A DNA stretch of 64,000 nucleotides from Vicinamibacterales bacterium (GCA_035758845.1 DASTVZ010000172.1:2812-66811); one strand, 5' to 3'. Counted from the stretch's first letter, positions 11,266 to 19,989 are shown. Program-made: numbers and translations. Notes: a model not told the origin generated them from the letters alone.

Positions 11266-11985
11266 GTGAGAAAAGCAAGACAACCGGAAAAGGCCCTCGC
11301 GGTGCTCGCCGCCGGGGCCTTTTTTATTGGGGCGTTCACGCTGGGCGTCACTGCTCACGATCGCATCACCACCAGAGTCACGTGGGACCGCGAGATTGCG
11401 CCAATCTTCGAGGCACGCTGCGTTGATTGCCATCATCCGGGCGGCCGATCGACCATTCCGCTGATGACCTATCAACAGGCCCGGCCGTGGGCGGTGGCGA
11501 TCAAAGAGGAAGTGCTGACCCGCCGCATGCCGAAATGGAGTGCGGCGCGTGGATACGGCGACTTCGCCAACGATCCCTCGTTGGCGCCGTTTGAGATCGC
11601 ACTCATCGCGGCATGGGTTGATGGTGGTGCTCCAGAAAACGAAAAGAACAAGGTAGGTGCCGCACCAATCACTCCCACCGCTAAACCTGCCGTCTTTACT
11701 CCTCCGCCAGATTCATCGGTTCGTACAATCTCCAGTGACTGCGGCGGGCAGCCGGCCTCTGGAAAACTTCTGGCAATCCGTCCCATTCTCGACAAGAACG
11801 GCTCGGCAGGCGTAGCCGCCATCTTTCCAACCGGACGACACGAAATCATCGCGTGGATTCGTGATTACGATCCCGATTTCGCGACCACCTATTGGCTACG
11901 CCACGCGATGGCTCTGCCTAAAGGCAGTCGACTCGAGGTTCAGAGCTTGGGGACCTGCTCGATTCAGCTCACGTTCGCGCGCTGA
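11266..11985 (+). CDS. Membrane-anchored cytochrome c-like protein, truncated or degenerate third paralogue of the array
   Basis: GTG start (aa 68 of the track ORF; the start is uncertain). TM/signal anchor ALAVLAAGAFFIGAFTLGV. CVDCHHPGG...MTYQQARPWAVAIKEEVLTRRMPKW is homologous to the heme domains upstream. The C-terminal DYDPDFATTYWLRHAMALPKGSRLEV aligns with KYDFNWQTEYIFAQPLKLPKGTRIHA. The HH/HxH/M copper ligands are missing. Confidence 0.6.
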   Translation: MRKARQPEKALAVLAAGAFFIGAFTLGVTAHDRITTRVTWDREIAPIFEARCVDCHHPGGRSTIPLMTYQQARPWAVAIKEEVLTRRMPKWSAARGYGDFANDPSLAPFEIALIAAWVDGGAPENEKNKVGAAPITPTAKPAVFTPPPDSSVRTISSDCGGQPASGKLLAIRPILDKNGSAGVAAIFPTGRHEIIAWIRDYDPDFATTYWLRHAMALPKGSRLEVQSLGTCSIQLTFAR

Positions 11986-11989
11986 TCTG

Positions 11990-13366
11990 TCAGGGCCCCT
12001 CGACGGAGAGCACGAACGGAACCGTCGACACAACCCCTCGCCGCTGAAATTGAAGCCACAGTTTGTAAATGCCTGCCGCCGGCATCATCGGCTGGAATGT
12101 GATCACAGGGCCTCGCGTCGCAGGCTCCTCCGGATGGGCGTGATTTGAATCGGTGAGATCGGCATTAACCAGCAGCACATGGCCTGGGGCGCCGAGGAAC
12201 GGCTCCAGGTCCGAGATCGGTATGTTGCTGCTCGCATCAGTCAACGTGAACTTCAGAGTCGCCTCCTTTCCTGCCCTCAGCGTCGTCGCATCCAACCTGA
12301 CACGGACAGCGTGATCCACTTTCTCGGATGGTACGTCCGGAGTCAAATTGGGTACCTCAGGAAACAGGCCGCCGCGATAGCCGGGCGTGACGATGGCGCG
12401 CTGGAGCATCTGGGGGCGCCCGCTCAGCGGAAGAAAGTCCGCGATCACCATGAACTGACCGGCGGGAATGTTCTCGCGCAACTCGAAAACACCATCCGCC
12501 ACCCGGTCCGGGTGCAAGTGGCGAAAGTATTCGAGCGTGCGATCGATGACGAAGAGGTGCAACAGCCGCTCGTGGATCGTCGCGAACGACGAGACAGGTC
12601 GATCGGTGGCCGGGTCGCGAATGGTCAGGTGCAGTTTCGATGCACCGCGTCCGCCGGCGGCAGGGGTGACGACGATCTCCATTCGATATTCGCCGACACG
12701 TGGCGGTGGAATCGGTACGAGGTCCATCCTGCACAGCGGACATTTACCGGCAACCGATGATCTGATATCGGGATGCATTGGACACCAGAAGGCATCGGGC
12801 GCATCGATGTCGCGAACAATCTCGACACCAACGCCGCCGGTGCGAAACAGTCGTGAGTCGTCGGTCTGTCGGGAGGGTTTCGCACCTTTCGCGAGAAGTG
12901 ACGAAATCACCGACGACGTGTCCGCCGTCGTGAATGCCACGTGGTCGAGCACTTCGTCGCCAAACAATTTCGCCAACGCTGGACGTGCACTCGCAGCGGC
13001 CGATTCCACCTCGACTCCCCGCTCGGCGAGCCAAGCACGCGCTGCCGTGAATGCCTCTTCAACGGACTGGTGCCTGTCACCCGTGGTTTCGTTGACGTCA
13101 AGGCGATCGAACAACGCGTACTCATTCCCGATGCGCGCACCGACGCCGAGCCCACGCAGCAGCACACGAGTTCCGTTGAGAGATGTGGCCGCCAGATTCA
13201 TCGATTGAGCGGGATCAGCGACGCGAAAATGAACGTGATGAAATCGAACCGGCGGCGTCGATTGATGGCGCGAGATGAGCGCGGGAGGTGCAAGTGTAGA
13301 GAGAGCGAATGCAAGAACGATCGCCGCTGGAATATGCACCGATAGACCGCGATGGCCAGCTCTCAT
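11990..13366 (-). CDS. Exported metal-binding protein: VOC (glyoxalase-fold) domain + CusB-type heavy-metal-binding domain (HMBD) + two Ig-like His-containing modules
   Basis: N-terminal hydrophobic leader. VRFHHVHFRV and LDHVAF...VEIV resemble VOC metal-ligand modules. FWCPMHPDIRSSVAGKCPLCRMDLVP is the CPMHP..CPxCxM HMBD signature. It is followed by FRHLHPD and NHAHPEEP modules. Confidence 0.65.
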   Translation of the reverse strand: MRAGHRGLSVHIPAAIVLAFALSTLAPPALISRHQSTPPVRFHHVHFRVADPAQSMNLAATSLNGTRVLLRGLGVGARIGNEYALFDRLDVNETTGDRHQSVEEAFTAARAWLAERGVEVESAAASARPALAKLFGDEVLDHVAFTTADTSSVISSLLAKGAKPSRQTDDSRLFRTGGVGVEIVRDIDAPDAFWCPMHPDIRSSVAGKCPLCRMDLVPIPPPRVGEYRMEIVVTPAAGGRGASKLHLTIRDPATDRPVSSFATIHERLLHLFVIDRTLEYFRHLHPDRVADGVFELRENIPAGQFMVIADFLPLSGRPQMLQRAIVTPGYRGGLFPEVPNLTPDVPSEKVDHAVRVRLDATTLRAGKEATLKFTLTDASSNIPISDLEPFLGAPGHVLLVNADLTDSNHAHPEEPATRGPVITFQPMMPAAGIYKLWLQFQRRGVVSTVPFVLSVEGP

Positions 13367-13393
13367 GGATCACAGCCGATTATAGAATTAGAT

Positions 13394-14776
13394 ATGCGCT
13401 TTCGTTTTCGTTCGAGGCTGCTGTTTCTGTTCCTCCTCACTGCTCCTTTCTCGACTTCAGGCGAGACCCCCTCCGAGGACGGCGCGTGGGTCAACGCCTA
13501 CCGCGACGCGGCGGCGCGGATTATTGGCGACGCCATGTCGAGCACGTTTGCGTGGGACCGTCTCGCGCTGATGGGCGACACCTTTGGCCATCGCCTGAGC
13601 GGGTCGAAGGGACTGGAGGATGCGATTCAGTGGGCGGTCGCGGAAATGAAGGCGGATGGCCTGGAGAATGTCCACAGCGAACCAGTAAAGGTACCGCATT
13701 GGGTACGCGGACGCGAAAGCGCGGAAATCACGTCGCCGCGGCCACGGCCGCTCGTGATGCTTGGCCTCGGCAATAGCATCGGCACGCCCGCCGACGGGAT
13801 CGAAGCGGACGTGCTGGTCGTTCGCAGCTTCGAGGACCTCGATGCACACGGAGATCGCGTAAAAGGACGGATCGTTCTCTACAACGTGGCGTTTACGAAC
13901 TACAGCGAAACAGTGCTCTTCCGCGGGAACGGCCCCTCCCGCGCCGCTGCGCATGGCGCCGTCGCGGTGCTGGTTCGTTCGGTCGGACCGGCCGGATTGC
14001 GGCTGCCGCACACCGGCGCGCTTCGCTATGCCGAGGGCGTGCCGCAGATTCCTGCCGCCGCAATCACGACTGAGGACGCCGACCTTTTGCAGCGAATGCA
14101 GGATCGCGGCACGACAGCGCGAGTGCGTCTCCGAATGGAAGCAAAGTTCCTCGCCGACGCCGATTCCTTCAACGTCGTCGGCGAGCTTCGCGGCCGCGAG
14201 CGGCCCGAGGAAGTGGTCGTCGTCGGCGGACATATCGATTCGTGGGATGTGGGAACAGGATCGACCGACGATGGGGGCGGGTGCGTCGTGACCTGGGAAG
14301 CGCTCCGCATCTTGAAGAAATTGAACCTTCGGCCGCGGCGAACGGTGCGCGTCGTCCTGTGGACCAACGAGGAGAACGGCACGCGGGGAGCAAATGCCTA
14401 CCGCGATCGCTATCGCGATCAGCTGGCCAACCACGTGTTGATGCTCGAATCCGACAGCGGCGTGCTGCGGCCATCGAGCTTCGGGTTCACGGGCAGCGAT
14501 GCCGCGCGCACTCGCATCAAAGAAATCGCCGCACTGCTGCGCGGCATTCAACTGGATCGAATCGTTTCTCCAGGCGAGGGGGCCGACATCGGTCCGAGCG
14601 TCCAGGCGGCGAATATCCCGGCGATGTCGCTGGAAGCCGATGGCAACTACTTTCTCATCCACCACACGCCGGCAGATACCATCGACAAGATCGATCCGAT
14701 GGACATGTCGCGGGCATCGGCGGCGATTGCGGTGATTGCGTATGTCGTGGCGGAGATGCCGGAACGGTTGAAATAG
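13394..14776 (+). CDS. M28 family aminopeptidase with PA domain, secreted
   Basis: ATG at aa 15 of the track ORF gives MRFRFRSRLLFLFLLTAPFS. Motifs are GGHIDSWDVGTGSTDDGGG and WTNEENGTRGA. Confidence 0.85.
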   Translation: MRFRFRSRLLFLFLLTAPFSTSGETPSEDGAWVNAYRDAAARIIGDAMSSTFAWDRLALMGDTFGHRLSGSKGLEDAIQWAVAEMKADGLENVHSEPVKVPHWVRGRESAEITSPRPRPLVMLGLGNSIGTPADGIEADVLVVRSFEDLDAHGDRVKGRIVLYNVAFTNYSETVLFRGNGPSRAAAHGAVAVLVRSVGPAGLRLPHTGALRYAEGVPQIPAAAITTEDADLLQRMQDRGTTARVRLRMEAKFLADADSFNVVGELRGRERPEEVVVVGGHIDSWDVGTGSTDDGGGCVVTWEALRILKKLNLRPRRTVRVVLWTNEENGTRGANAYRDRYRDQLANHVLMLESDSGVLRPSSFGFTGSDAARTRIKEIAALLRGIQLDRIVSPGEGADIGPSVQAANIPAMSLEADGNYFLIHHTPADTIDKIDPMDMSRASAAIAVIAYVVAEMPERLK

Positions 14777-14807
14777 CGCTGCTGGCTCTTGGCTGTCGGG
14801 TCCTGGC
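14777..14807. repeat. CTGGCTCTTGGCT-word element (short)
   Basis: GCTGCTGGCTCTTGGCTGTCGGGTCCTGGCTCAC between the convergent M28 and ChaN genes. Confidence 0.6.
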
Positions 14808-15719
14808 TCACTTAATCGTGTACACCAGATAATCCGCTCTTTTTAGATCGGTTGACTGCGGAACGATCGAATCCAGGTTCTCCACCGGCATCATCGAAAC
14901 CGTGGTGACTCGACGCCCAGCCAGGCGACGACGAACGCGCTCGCCGGTGCCCTCGCCAAATTCGCTATGGAATGCGCCCGTGACGTGAACGACTACACCT
15001 GGACGCCCCTCGAGCTTGGTGAACGCGGTCACGATCGACTCAGCCATCGTTTCGTCTTTGATGCACTGCGCCCAGTAGTAGCGCTCGGTGGTGGTATCGG
15101 GCTTGGAACCGGATGACGCCTGATGACCGCCCATCTGCTCGGCGAAGCGATTGAAGTAGGCGTCGTGAGGACATTGCAGCTCCGCGGCAGCTAACGACCG
15201 GTCGGTCGAATTCAGCGAATCAACCGCCGGCTTACCAACCTTCGCCACATCTGCGGCAATGCGGCGCGGTACATTGGCCGCCACAACGGGCCAGCGGCGG
15301 GCTCGCGCGAACTCGACCAGCGGCCGGTAGTCGCTCGCATAGCGAGGCCATGGTCGCGAGTTCTTCAGAAACTCATCCTCCGCTGAAGACCCCGTCATGT
15401 AGGTATCGACGGATCCCTGGACATCACGCTCGAACATCTCCAGCGACAGCGTCACCGACACATTGCGGCGCGCCAGCGCTTCGAGCAGCGCAAGCTCCAG
15501 TCGATGCGTGTTGGGATCGTCGTGCTGTTCACCGATCAGAATGACGTCGGCGCGGCCGAGATCGGCGGTCATCATCTCGAAGTCCGTAAACGTCGCACGC
15601 CGAGTGTCGTAGACGCGTTGTGGAACGTACGCACTCAGGGCGGTGGGTGGAGGACTCTGGGCCGCCACCGTCGCCAACCCGGTGAGTGCGATGAATGTGC
15701 CAGCCAGTACCGTCTTCAC
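14808..15719 (-). CDS. ChaN family (heme-binding uptake / Tiki-like) lipoprotein
   Basis: Signal peptide, then ADVILIGEQHDDPNTHRLELALLEAL, typical of ChaN/Cofac_haem_bdg proteins. Confidence 0.7.
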   Translation of the reverse strand: MKTVLAGTFIALTGLATVAAQSPPPTALSAYVPQRVYDTRRATFTDFEMMTADLGRADVILIGEQHDDPNTHRLELALLEALARRNVSVTLSLEMFERDVQGSVDTYMTGSSAEDEFLKNSRPWPRYASDYRPLVEFARARRWPVVAANVPRRIAADVAKVGKPAVDSLNSTDRSLAAAELQCPHDAYFNRFAEQMGGHQASSGSKPDTTTERYYWAQCIKDETMAESIVTAFTKLEGRPGVVVHVTGAFHSEFGEGTGERVRRRLAGRRVTTVSMMPVENLDSIVPQSTDLKRADYLVYTIK

Positions 15720-15751
15720 ATGCCTTCCTTTTGGCTTTTGCCTTTTACCTT
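15720..15751. repeat. CCTTTTG-word element (single arm)
   Basis: TGCCTTCCTTTTGGCTTTTGCCTTTTACCTTTT between the ChaN start and the TerC stop. Confidence 0.7.
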
Positions 15752-16498
15752 TTAATTATCCTTCGTATACGCCTCGCGCAGATGCACGGGAGCCTTGGCC
15801 CGGGCGCGCAAGCGAAGATTGATCATCTCGACGAATACAGAAAAGCCCATCGCGAAGTAGATGTAGCCCTTCGGGATGTGCTGTCCGAAGCCTTCGAGCA
15901 GGAGCGACATGCCGATCAGAAGCAGGAAGCTCAGAGCCAGCATCTTGACCGTCGGGTGCTTGTGGACAAAGGTGCTGATCGGCTCCGCGGCCAGCATCAT
16001 GATCGCGACCGATAGGATCACGGCAGCAATCATCACCCACACCTGGTCCACCATCCCTACGGCGGTAATCACCGAATCGAGCGAGAACACGATGTCGAGG
16101 AGCATGATCTGCATGATCACGCTCGCGAACGACGCTGCCACGCGCCCGGACCCATGGCCTTCCTCCCCTTCGAGCCGCTCGTGAATCTCAAACGTGCTCT
16201 TGGCGATCAGAAACAGTCCGCCGCCGATAAGTATGAGGTCACGACCGGTGACAGGGTGCTCCAGCGCGGTGAACAGCGGGGTCGTCAGTTTGATGATCCA
16301 TGCGAGCGAAAACAACAGGAGCACGCGCGTGACCATGGCCCCGAGCAGCCCCACCCGGCGCGCGCGGGCCTGCTGCTCGGACGGCAGCTTCCCCGACAGA
16401 ATCGAGATGAAGATGATGTTGTCGACGCCAAGGACAATCTCGAGGAAAGTGAGCGTCGCGAAGGCGATCAAGGTTCCCGGTTCGAATGGCCAGTCCAT
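15752..16498 (-). CDS. TerC family integral membrane protein
   Basis: MDWPFEPGTLIAFATLTFLEIVLGVDNIIFISIL and a repeated LSLDSVITAVG-type motif. Multi-TM. Confidence 0.85.
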   Translation of the reverse strand: MDWPFEPGTLIAFATLTFLEIVLGVDNIIFISILSGKLPSEQQARARRVGLLGAMVTRVLLLFSLAWIIKLTTPLFTALEHPVTGRDLILIGGGLFLIAKSTFEIHERLEGEEGHGSGRVAASFASVIMQIMLLDIVFSLDSVITAVGMVDQVWVMIAAVILSVAIMMLAAEPISTFVHKHPTVKMLALSFLLLIGMSLLLEGFGQHIPKGYIYFAMGFSVFVEMINLRLRARAKAPVHLREAYTKDN

Positions 16499-16575
16499 GG
16501 CGATGTCATTCCTCTTGTCAAAAAAGCGCTTGAGCGGCGCGGTCGTATTTCAGTAAAGGACGACAGGGTAAGCGA

Positions 16576-18642
16576 TCAGACGCCGAACAATTCCGAATCC
16601 CACTCCAATCCTAGTTCGGATGGCGGACCCATGAATCCGAGGAGCGCCGAGGCAGCAACCACCGCGGGACTCGCGAGGTAACCCTCGCCGCCGAGCCCCA
16701 TGCGGTTCTGCCAGTTGCGGTTGAACGAGGTGATGGCGCGTTGCCCCGGCGCAAGCGCATCCGGCCCCTGACCGAAGCACGGGCCGCACCATGACTGGCG
16801 AATCTGACCACCAACGGAGCGAAATACCTCAGCGATCGATTCACCACCGAGGCGTGGATCCGGACACTCGATCTGACGTCCGACGCCGCCCGATCCTGGG
16901 AAAATCGCAAACTCGCGCTCGACCCGTTTCGCGCCGGCCTTGCGCGCGGCGCGCAGCACGAACGCCGCCTGTAACAGGTCGTCGTAACTCCCGTTCGTGC
17001 ATGAACCGATCAAGGCTTTATCGAACGTCACGCGCTCACGCGCGACTTCTTCGGCAGGAAACGCGTTGCCCGGACTGAACGGCTTCGCGATCATCGGACG
17101 TACTTCGACGAGGTCGATCGTCTCATCGATTTCATAGACGGCGTCTTCACCCGCAGTGATCGGCGGGTACGGCAGATCGGTGATCCCTTTCCGCCGATAC
17201 CACTCATACGTGATCTCGTCTGCCGCGAAGATACCGTTGAGGGCTTCCGCCTCTGCCATCATGTTCGCGATCGTATTGCGGTAGGCAATTGGCAGCTGAC
17301 CATCGGCGTCGACGAGTTCGACCGACATTCCCTGCGATTGCCCGGCGCCCCATCTCCGCAATAGCTCGAGGACAATGTCTTTGCCACCAACCCAGGGCTG
17401 GAGGCGGCCGCGAAAGACGACGCGACGTTGGCGCGCAAGCGTGAAGTAAATGTAGCCCGTGGACCAGCCAAAGCCGAGCGTCGTCGATCCCACACCAATC
17501 CCCACGGCACCGTATGCGCCGTACGCCCGGCTGTGTGAGTCGGCACCGGGAATGAATTGTCCCGGCATCACCAGGCCCTGTTCGGGGAAGTAAAAATGAA
17601 AAATCCCGTCACCCGGTGTCGCGTAGTACGGCTTGTTGATTCCGTGAAGCTCGGCGAACTGTCGCCCGATTCCTGTCTGCTTCTCGTCAGCCTCGACACC
17701 CGTGAACACGAAGTGATCGTTGGCAATCGCCGCCTGCCGCGGATGAATCGTATTGCCGCCGGTGATCTGATTGAACGTGTGGATGGCAAACGGCGCCGTG
17801 CCATCGGACGCGGGCAGGAGGTCGGCATATACGCGAAGCGTCGTTCCCGGTTTCAATTCATCGGGCCGCAGCCGTTTGTCGACGCGATGCGCCCAGACGA
17901 TTTGCTCCGTCGTGGTCATTCGTTGCGCCGACTGTTTGTCTGGCCAGTCGATCGACGGCGTCGAGAGTACCGACGACTTGAACTCGCGCCGGCCAACCTC
18001 GAAGATCCCGCCGCTGCGCCGAATGTCCTCTTCTTTATCGGAGAGCGGCACCGGTTCGTACGTCCGGCCGCGCGTCACGTTGCTCAGACGCCGGGTCACA
18101 GGATCGAAACTGAACCGGTCACCATCCTGGGCTTCAGCCACGGCTTCAGGACTTTGAACGACGTGCAGCCCGAGGTTGAAGCTGTTGCGGCGAAAGATAT
18201 CGCCCATGTTCTGCCCGCAGACGATGACCATCTGCAATCCGGCTTCTTCGGCGACTCCTTTCAGCCCCGCCGGACTCATTTCCCGCGACGAGCCGATCGC
18301 AAATCGATCGCCCGCGATGATGAAGTTCTCTCCGCGATGCACACGCTCGCGAAAATCAGGCATCAGGTAGCGAAACGATCCTGCTTTCCATCTCTCGTCC
18401 AGCGTGTCGAGGCTCTCCGATACGCAGTCGGCTGCCGGTGTGATCTGATCGGTGTCAATCGCGTCACGCTTCTTCGCGAACCTGGTGCCGGGCAGGCTCA
18501 TCGGATCCCAGAACACGAGCGCTCTGCCGGTGATGACTCCGGCCGGCTTCGCCTCCGAGGCGTGTGAAGGAGGATCAGGCAACACCTCCGGTGTGACCCC
18601 GCGCTTCAACCTGGCCGCTTCAATCGTGTGCATACGCTCCAA
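16576..18642 (-). CDS. Aconitase/IPM-isomerase superfamily protein with the swivel (LeuD-like) domain at the N-terminus (domain order 4-1-2-3)
   Basis: N-terminal DTDQITPA...GENFIIAGDRFAIGSSREMSPAGLKG (swivel domain), then GADSHS, IGSCTNGSYDDL and CGPCFGQGPD (three Fe-S Cys ligands). Confidence 0.8.
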   Translation of the reverse strand: MERMHTIEAARLKRGVTPEVLPDPPSHASEAKPAGVITGRALVFWDPMSLPGTRFAKKRDAIDTDQITPAADCVSESLDTLDERWKAGSFRYLMPDFRERVHRGENFIIAGDRFAIGSSREMSPAGLKGVAEEAGLQMVIVCGQNMGDIFRRNSFNLGLHVVQSPEAVAEAQDGDRFSFDPVTRRLSNVTRGRTYEPVPLSDKEEDIRRSGGIFEVGRREFKSSVLSTPSIDWPDKQSAQRMTTTEQIVWAHRVDKRLRPDELKPGTTLRVYADLLPASDGTAPFAIHTFNQITGGNTIHPRQAAIANDHFVFTGVEADEKQTGIGRQFAELHGINKPYYATPGDGIFHFYFPEQGLVMPGQFIPGADSHSRAYGAYGAVGIGVGSTTLGFGWSTGYIYFTLARQRRVVFRGRLQPWVGGKDIVLELLRRWGAGQSQGMSVELVDADGQLPIAYRNTIANMMAEAEALNGIFAADEITYEWYRRKGITDLPYPPITAGEDAVYEIDETIDLVEVRPMIAKPFSPGNAFPAEEVARERVTFDKALIGSCTNGSYDDLLQAAFVLRAARKAGAKRVEREFAIFPGSGGVGRQIECPDPRLGGESIAEVFRSVGGQIRQSWCGPCFGQGPDALAPGQRAITSFNRNWQNRMGLGGEGYLASPAVVAASALLGFMGPPSELGLEWDSELFGV

Positions 18643-18644
18643 TG

Positions 18645-18860
18645 CTAACAGGGCTCTGTCGGATTGCCAGGTTGGTGGCCGTCACAGCGAAGAACCGGCA
18701 GCGGTGGGTAGCGTGGGAAGCGTGTGTCGGTGAACGACAGTTCGCACAGGTAGAACTCCGACCCGCGCGCACTCCGCACGATGCGGGCGTGGGCGCAATC
18801 GGCACAAAGCCCGACGCGCTGATCACGCGCTTGCCCGGACCTGCGCGGATCGTTCATCAT
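18645..18860 (-). CDS. Small (71 aa) four-cysteine protein, probable metal-binding; function unknown
   Basis: GLCADCAHARIVRSARGSEFYLCELSFTDTRFPRYPPLPVLRCDGH (CxxC...C...C). Its stop at 18645-18647 lies 2 nt before the ATG of the aconitase-family gene (18640-18642), which suggests translational coupling. Confidence 0.55.
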   Translation of the reverse strand: MMNDPRRSGQARDQRVGLCADCAHARIVRSARGSEFYLCELSFTDTRFPRYPPLPVLRCDGHQPGNPTEPC

Positions 18861-18866
18861 GAATCC

Positions 18867-19256
18867 ATGTTCATTTCGGAAGCGCTCACCCGCGGCGTGC
18901 GCATCAAGGTGCAGTCCGAGTATTCAGCCGATCAGTCCGCGCCGGCGAAGAATCAATGGTTCTTTCTCTATACCGTGACCATCTCGAATGAGGGCTTGGA
19001 AACGGTCCAGTTGCTGACGCGGCACTGGATCATCACCGATGGGACCGGTCACATCGAAGAAGTGCGCGGTCCCGGCGTCGTCGGCAAACAGCCAACCATC
19101 AAGCCCGGAGAATCGTTCGAATACACGTCGGGGTGTCCGCTCTCGACGCCGTTCGGGGTGATGGAAGGCACCTATCAAATGGTGACGCAGAGCGGTGATC
19201 GATTCGACGCCAAGATCGCACCGTTCACACTCAGCGAGCCCTACACCGTTCACTAA
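18867..19256 (+). CDS. apaG: ApaG (DUF525) protein
   Basis: From the internal ATG (aa 76 of the track ORF): MFISEALTRGVRIKVQSEYSADQSAPAKNQWFFLYTVTISNEG..LLTRHWIITDG.GHIEEVRGPGVVGKQP. Confidence 0.85.
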   Translation: MFISEALTRGVRIKVQSEYSADQSAPAKNQWFFLYTVTISNEGLETVQLLTRHWIITDGTGHIEEVRGPGVVGKQPTIKPGESFEYTSGCPLSTPFGVMEGTYQMVTQSGDRFDAKIAPFTLSEPYTVH

Positions 19257-19262
19257 AATCAT

Positions 19263-19283
19263 CCGAGGGGCTTTGCCCCTCGG
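19263..19283 (+). terminator. Hairpin CCGAGGGGC-TTT-GCCCCTCGG just after apaG (also the head of a REP-like element)
   Basis: 9-bp stem starting 7 nt after the apaG stop codon. No clear U-tract. Confidence 0.35.
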
Positions 19284-19383
19284 ACTCCCCAACACGCTCT
19301 CTCGCGAGCAGCTTCGTCGGCTCGCTCCGTTCGCGTGGCTCGCTTCGCTGCGCTCGCTCGCGTCGTCCTCCGCAGAGCTTTGA
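19263..19383. repeat. GC-rich REP-like element, same family and orientation as 6877-6990
   Basis: CCGAGGGGCTTTGCCCCTCGGACTCCCCAACACGCTCTCTCGCGAGC...GGCTCGCTCCGTTCGCGTGGCTCGCTTCGCTGCGCTCGCTCGC. Confidence 0.75.
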
Positions 19384-19983
19384 TCACCGCGTCTCGTCGA
19401 CAAACGTCGCGTCAAGAGCAAGTGCGTCGGCGAGCAGGTCGAGATATTTTGTTCGCGAGATCTCGATCGCGCCAAATTGCTCGAGGTGTGGTGTCACCCA
19501 TTGAATGTCGAGTAAACGAAATCCGCGGGAACGCAGCCTGTCGACGAGGGCCGCCAGCGCCACCTTGGATGCATCGGTCGCGTAATGGAACATCGATTCT
19601 CCGAAGAACGCCCCTGCGAGCGCGACACCATAGAGTCCCCCGACAAGGCGGTCGCCCTGCCATGCTTCGACCGAATGTGCGATGCCGAGGCGGTGCAGCT
19701 CGACATAACTTTCGCGAATCTCGTCGTTGATCCACGTCCCGGGATCATCGTCATTCCGATCGGTTTCCGCACACGCGCGCATGACCGCCTCGAAATCACG
19801 ATCGATATCGACGGTGAACTTTCGGCTGCGGATGACACGCGCGAGTCGCGACGGGACGTGAAAGCCATCGAGCGGAATCACGCCACGCGGATCCGGCGAG
19901 TACCAGCGGATTTCGCCATCATCGACGGCCATGGGAAACCAACCGCTGCTGTAGGCGGAAACCAGCAGCCCCGAAGGGATCAT
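19384..19983 (-). CDS. aat: Leucyl/phenylalanyl-tRNA--protein transferase
   Basis: AYSSGWFPMA...IRWYSPDPRGVIPLD.FHV.SRL...GGLYGVALAGAFFGESMFH. Confidence 0.9.
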   Translation of the reverse strand: MIPSGLLVSAYSSGWFPMAVDDGEIRWYSPDPRGVIPLDGFHVPSRLARVIRSRKFTVDIDRDFEAVMRACAETDRNDDDPGTWINDEIRESYVELHRLGIAHSVEAWQGDRLVGGLYGVALAGAFFGESMFHYATDASKVALAALVDRLRSRGFRLLDIQWVTPHLEQFGAIEISRTKYLDLLADALALDATFVDETR

Positions 19984-19989
19984 GACCAG

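Noticed and set aside
13457-14665. 402-aa minus-strand ORF opposite the M28 peptidase gene
   Set aside because: An antisense shadow ORF with no motifs. The plus strand has the M28 metal-binding motifs.
16499-16575. Possible yybP-ykoY (Mn) riboswitch upstream of the TerC-family gene
   Set aside because: Only 77 nt separate terC from the upstream gene, and I could not recognise the conserved riboswitch helices or motifs. A covariance-model scan would be needed to be sure.
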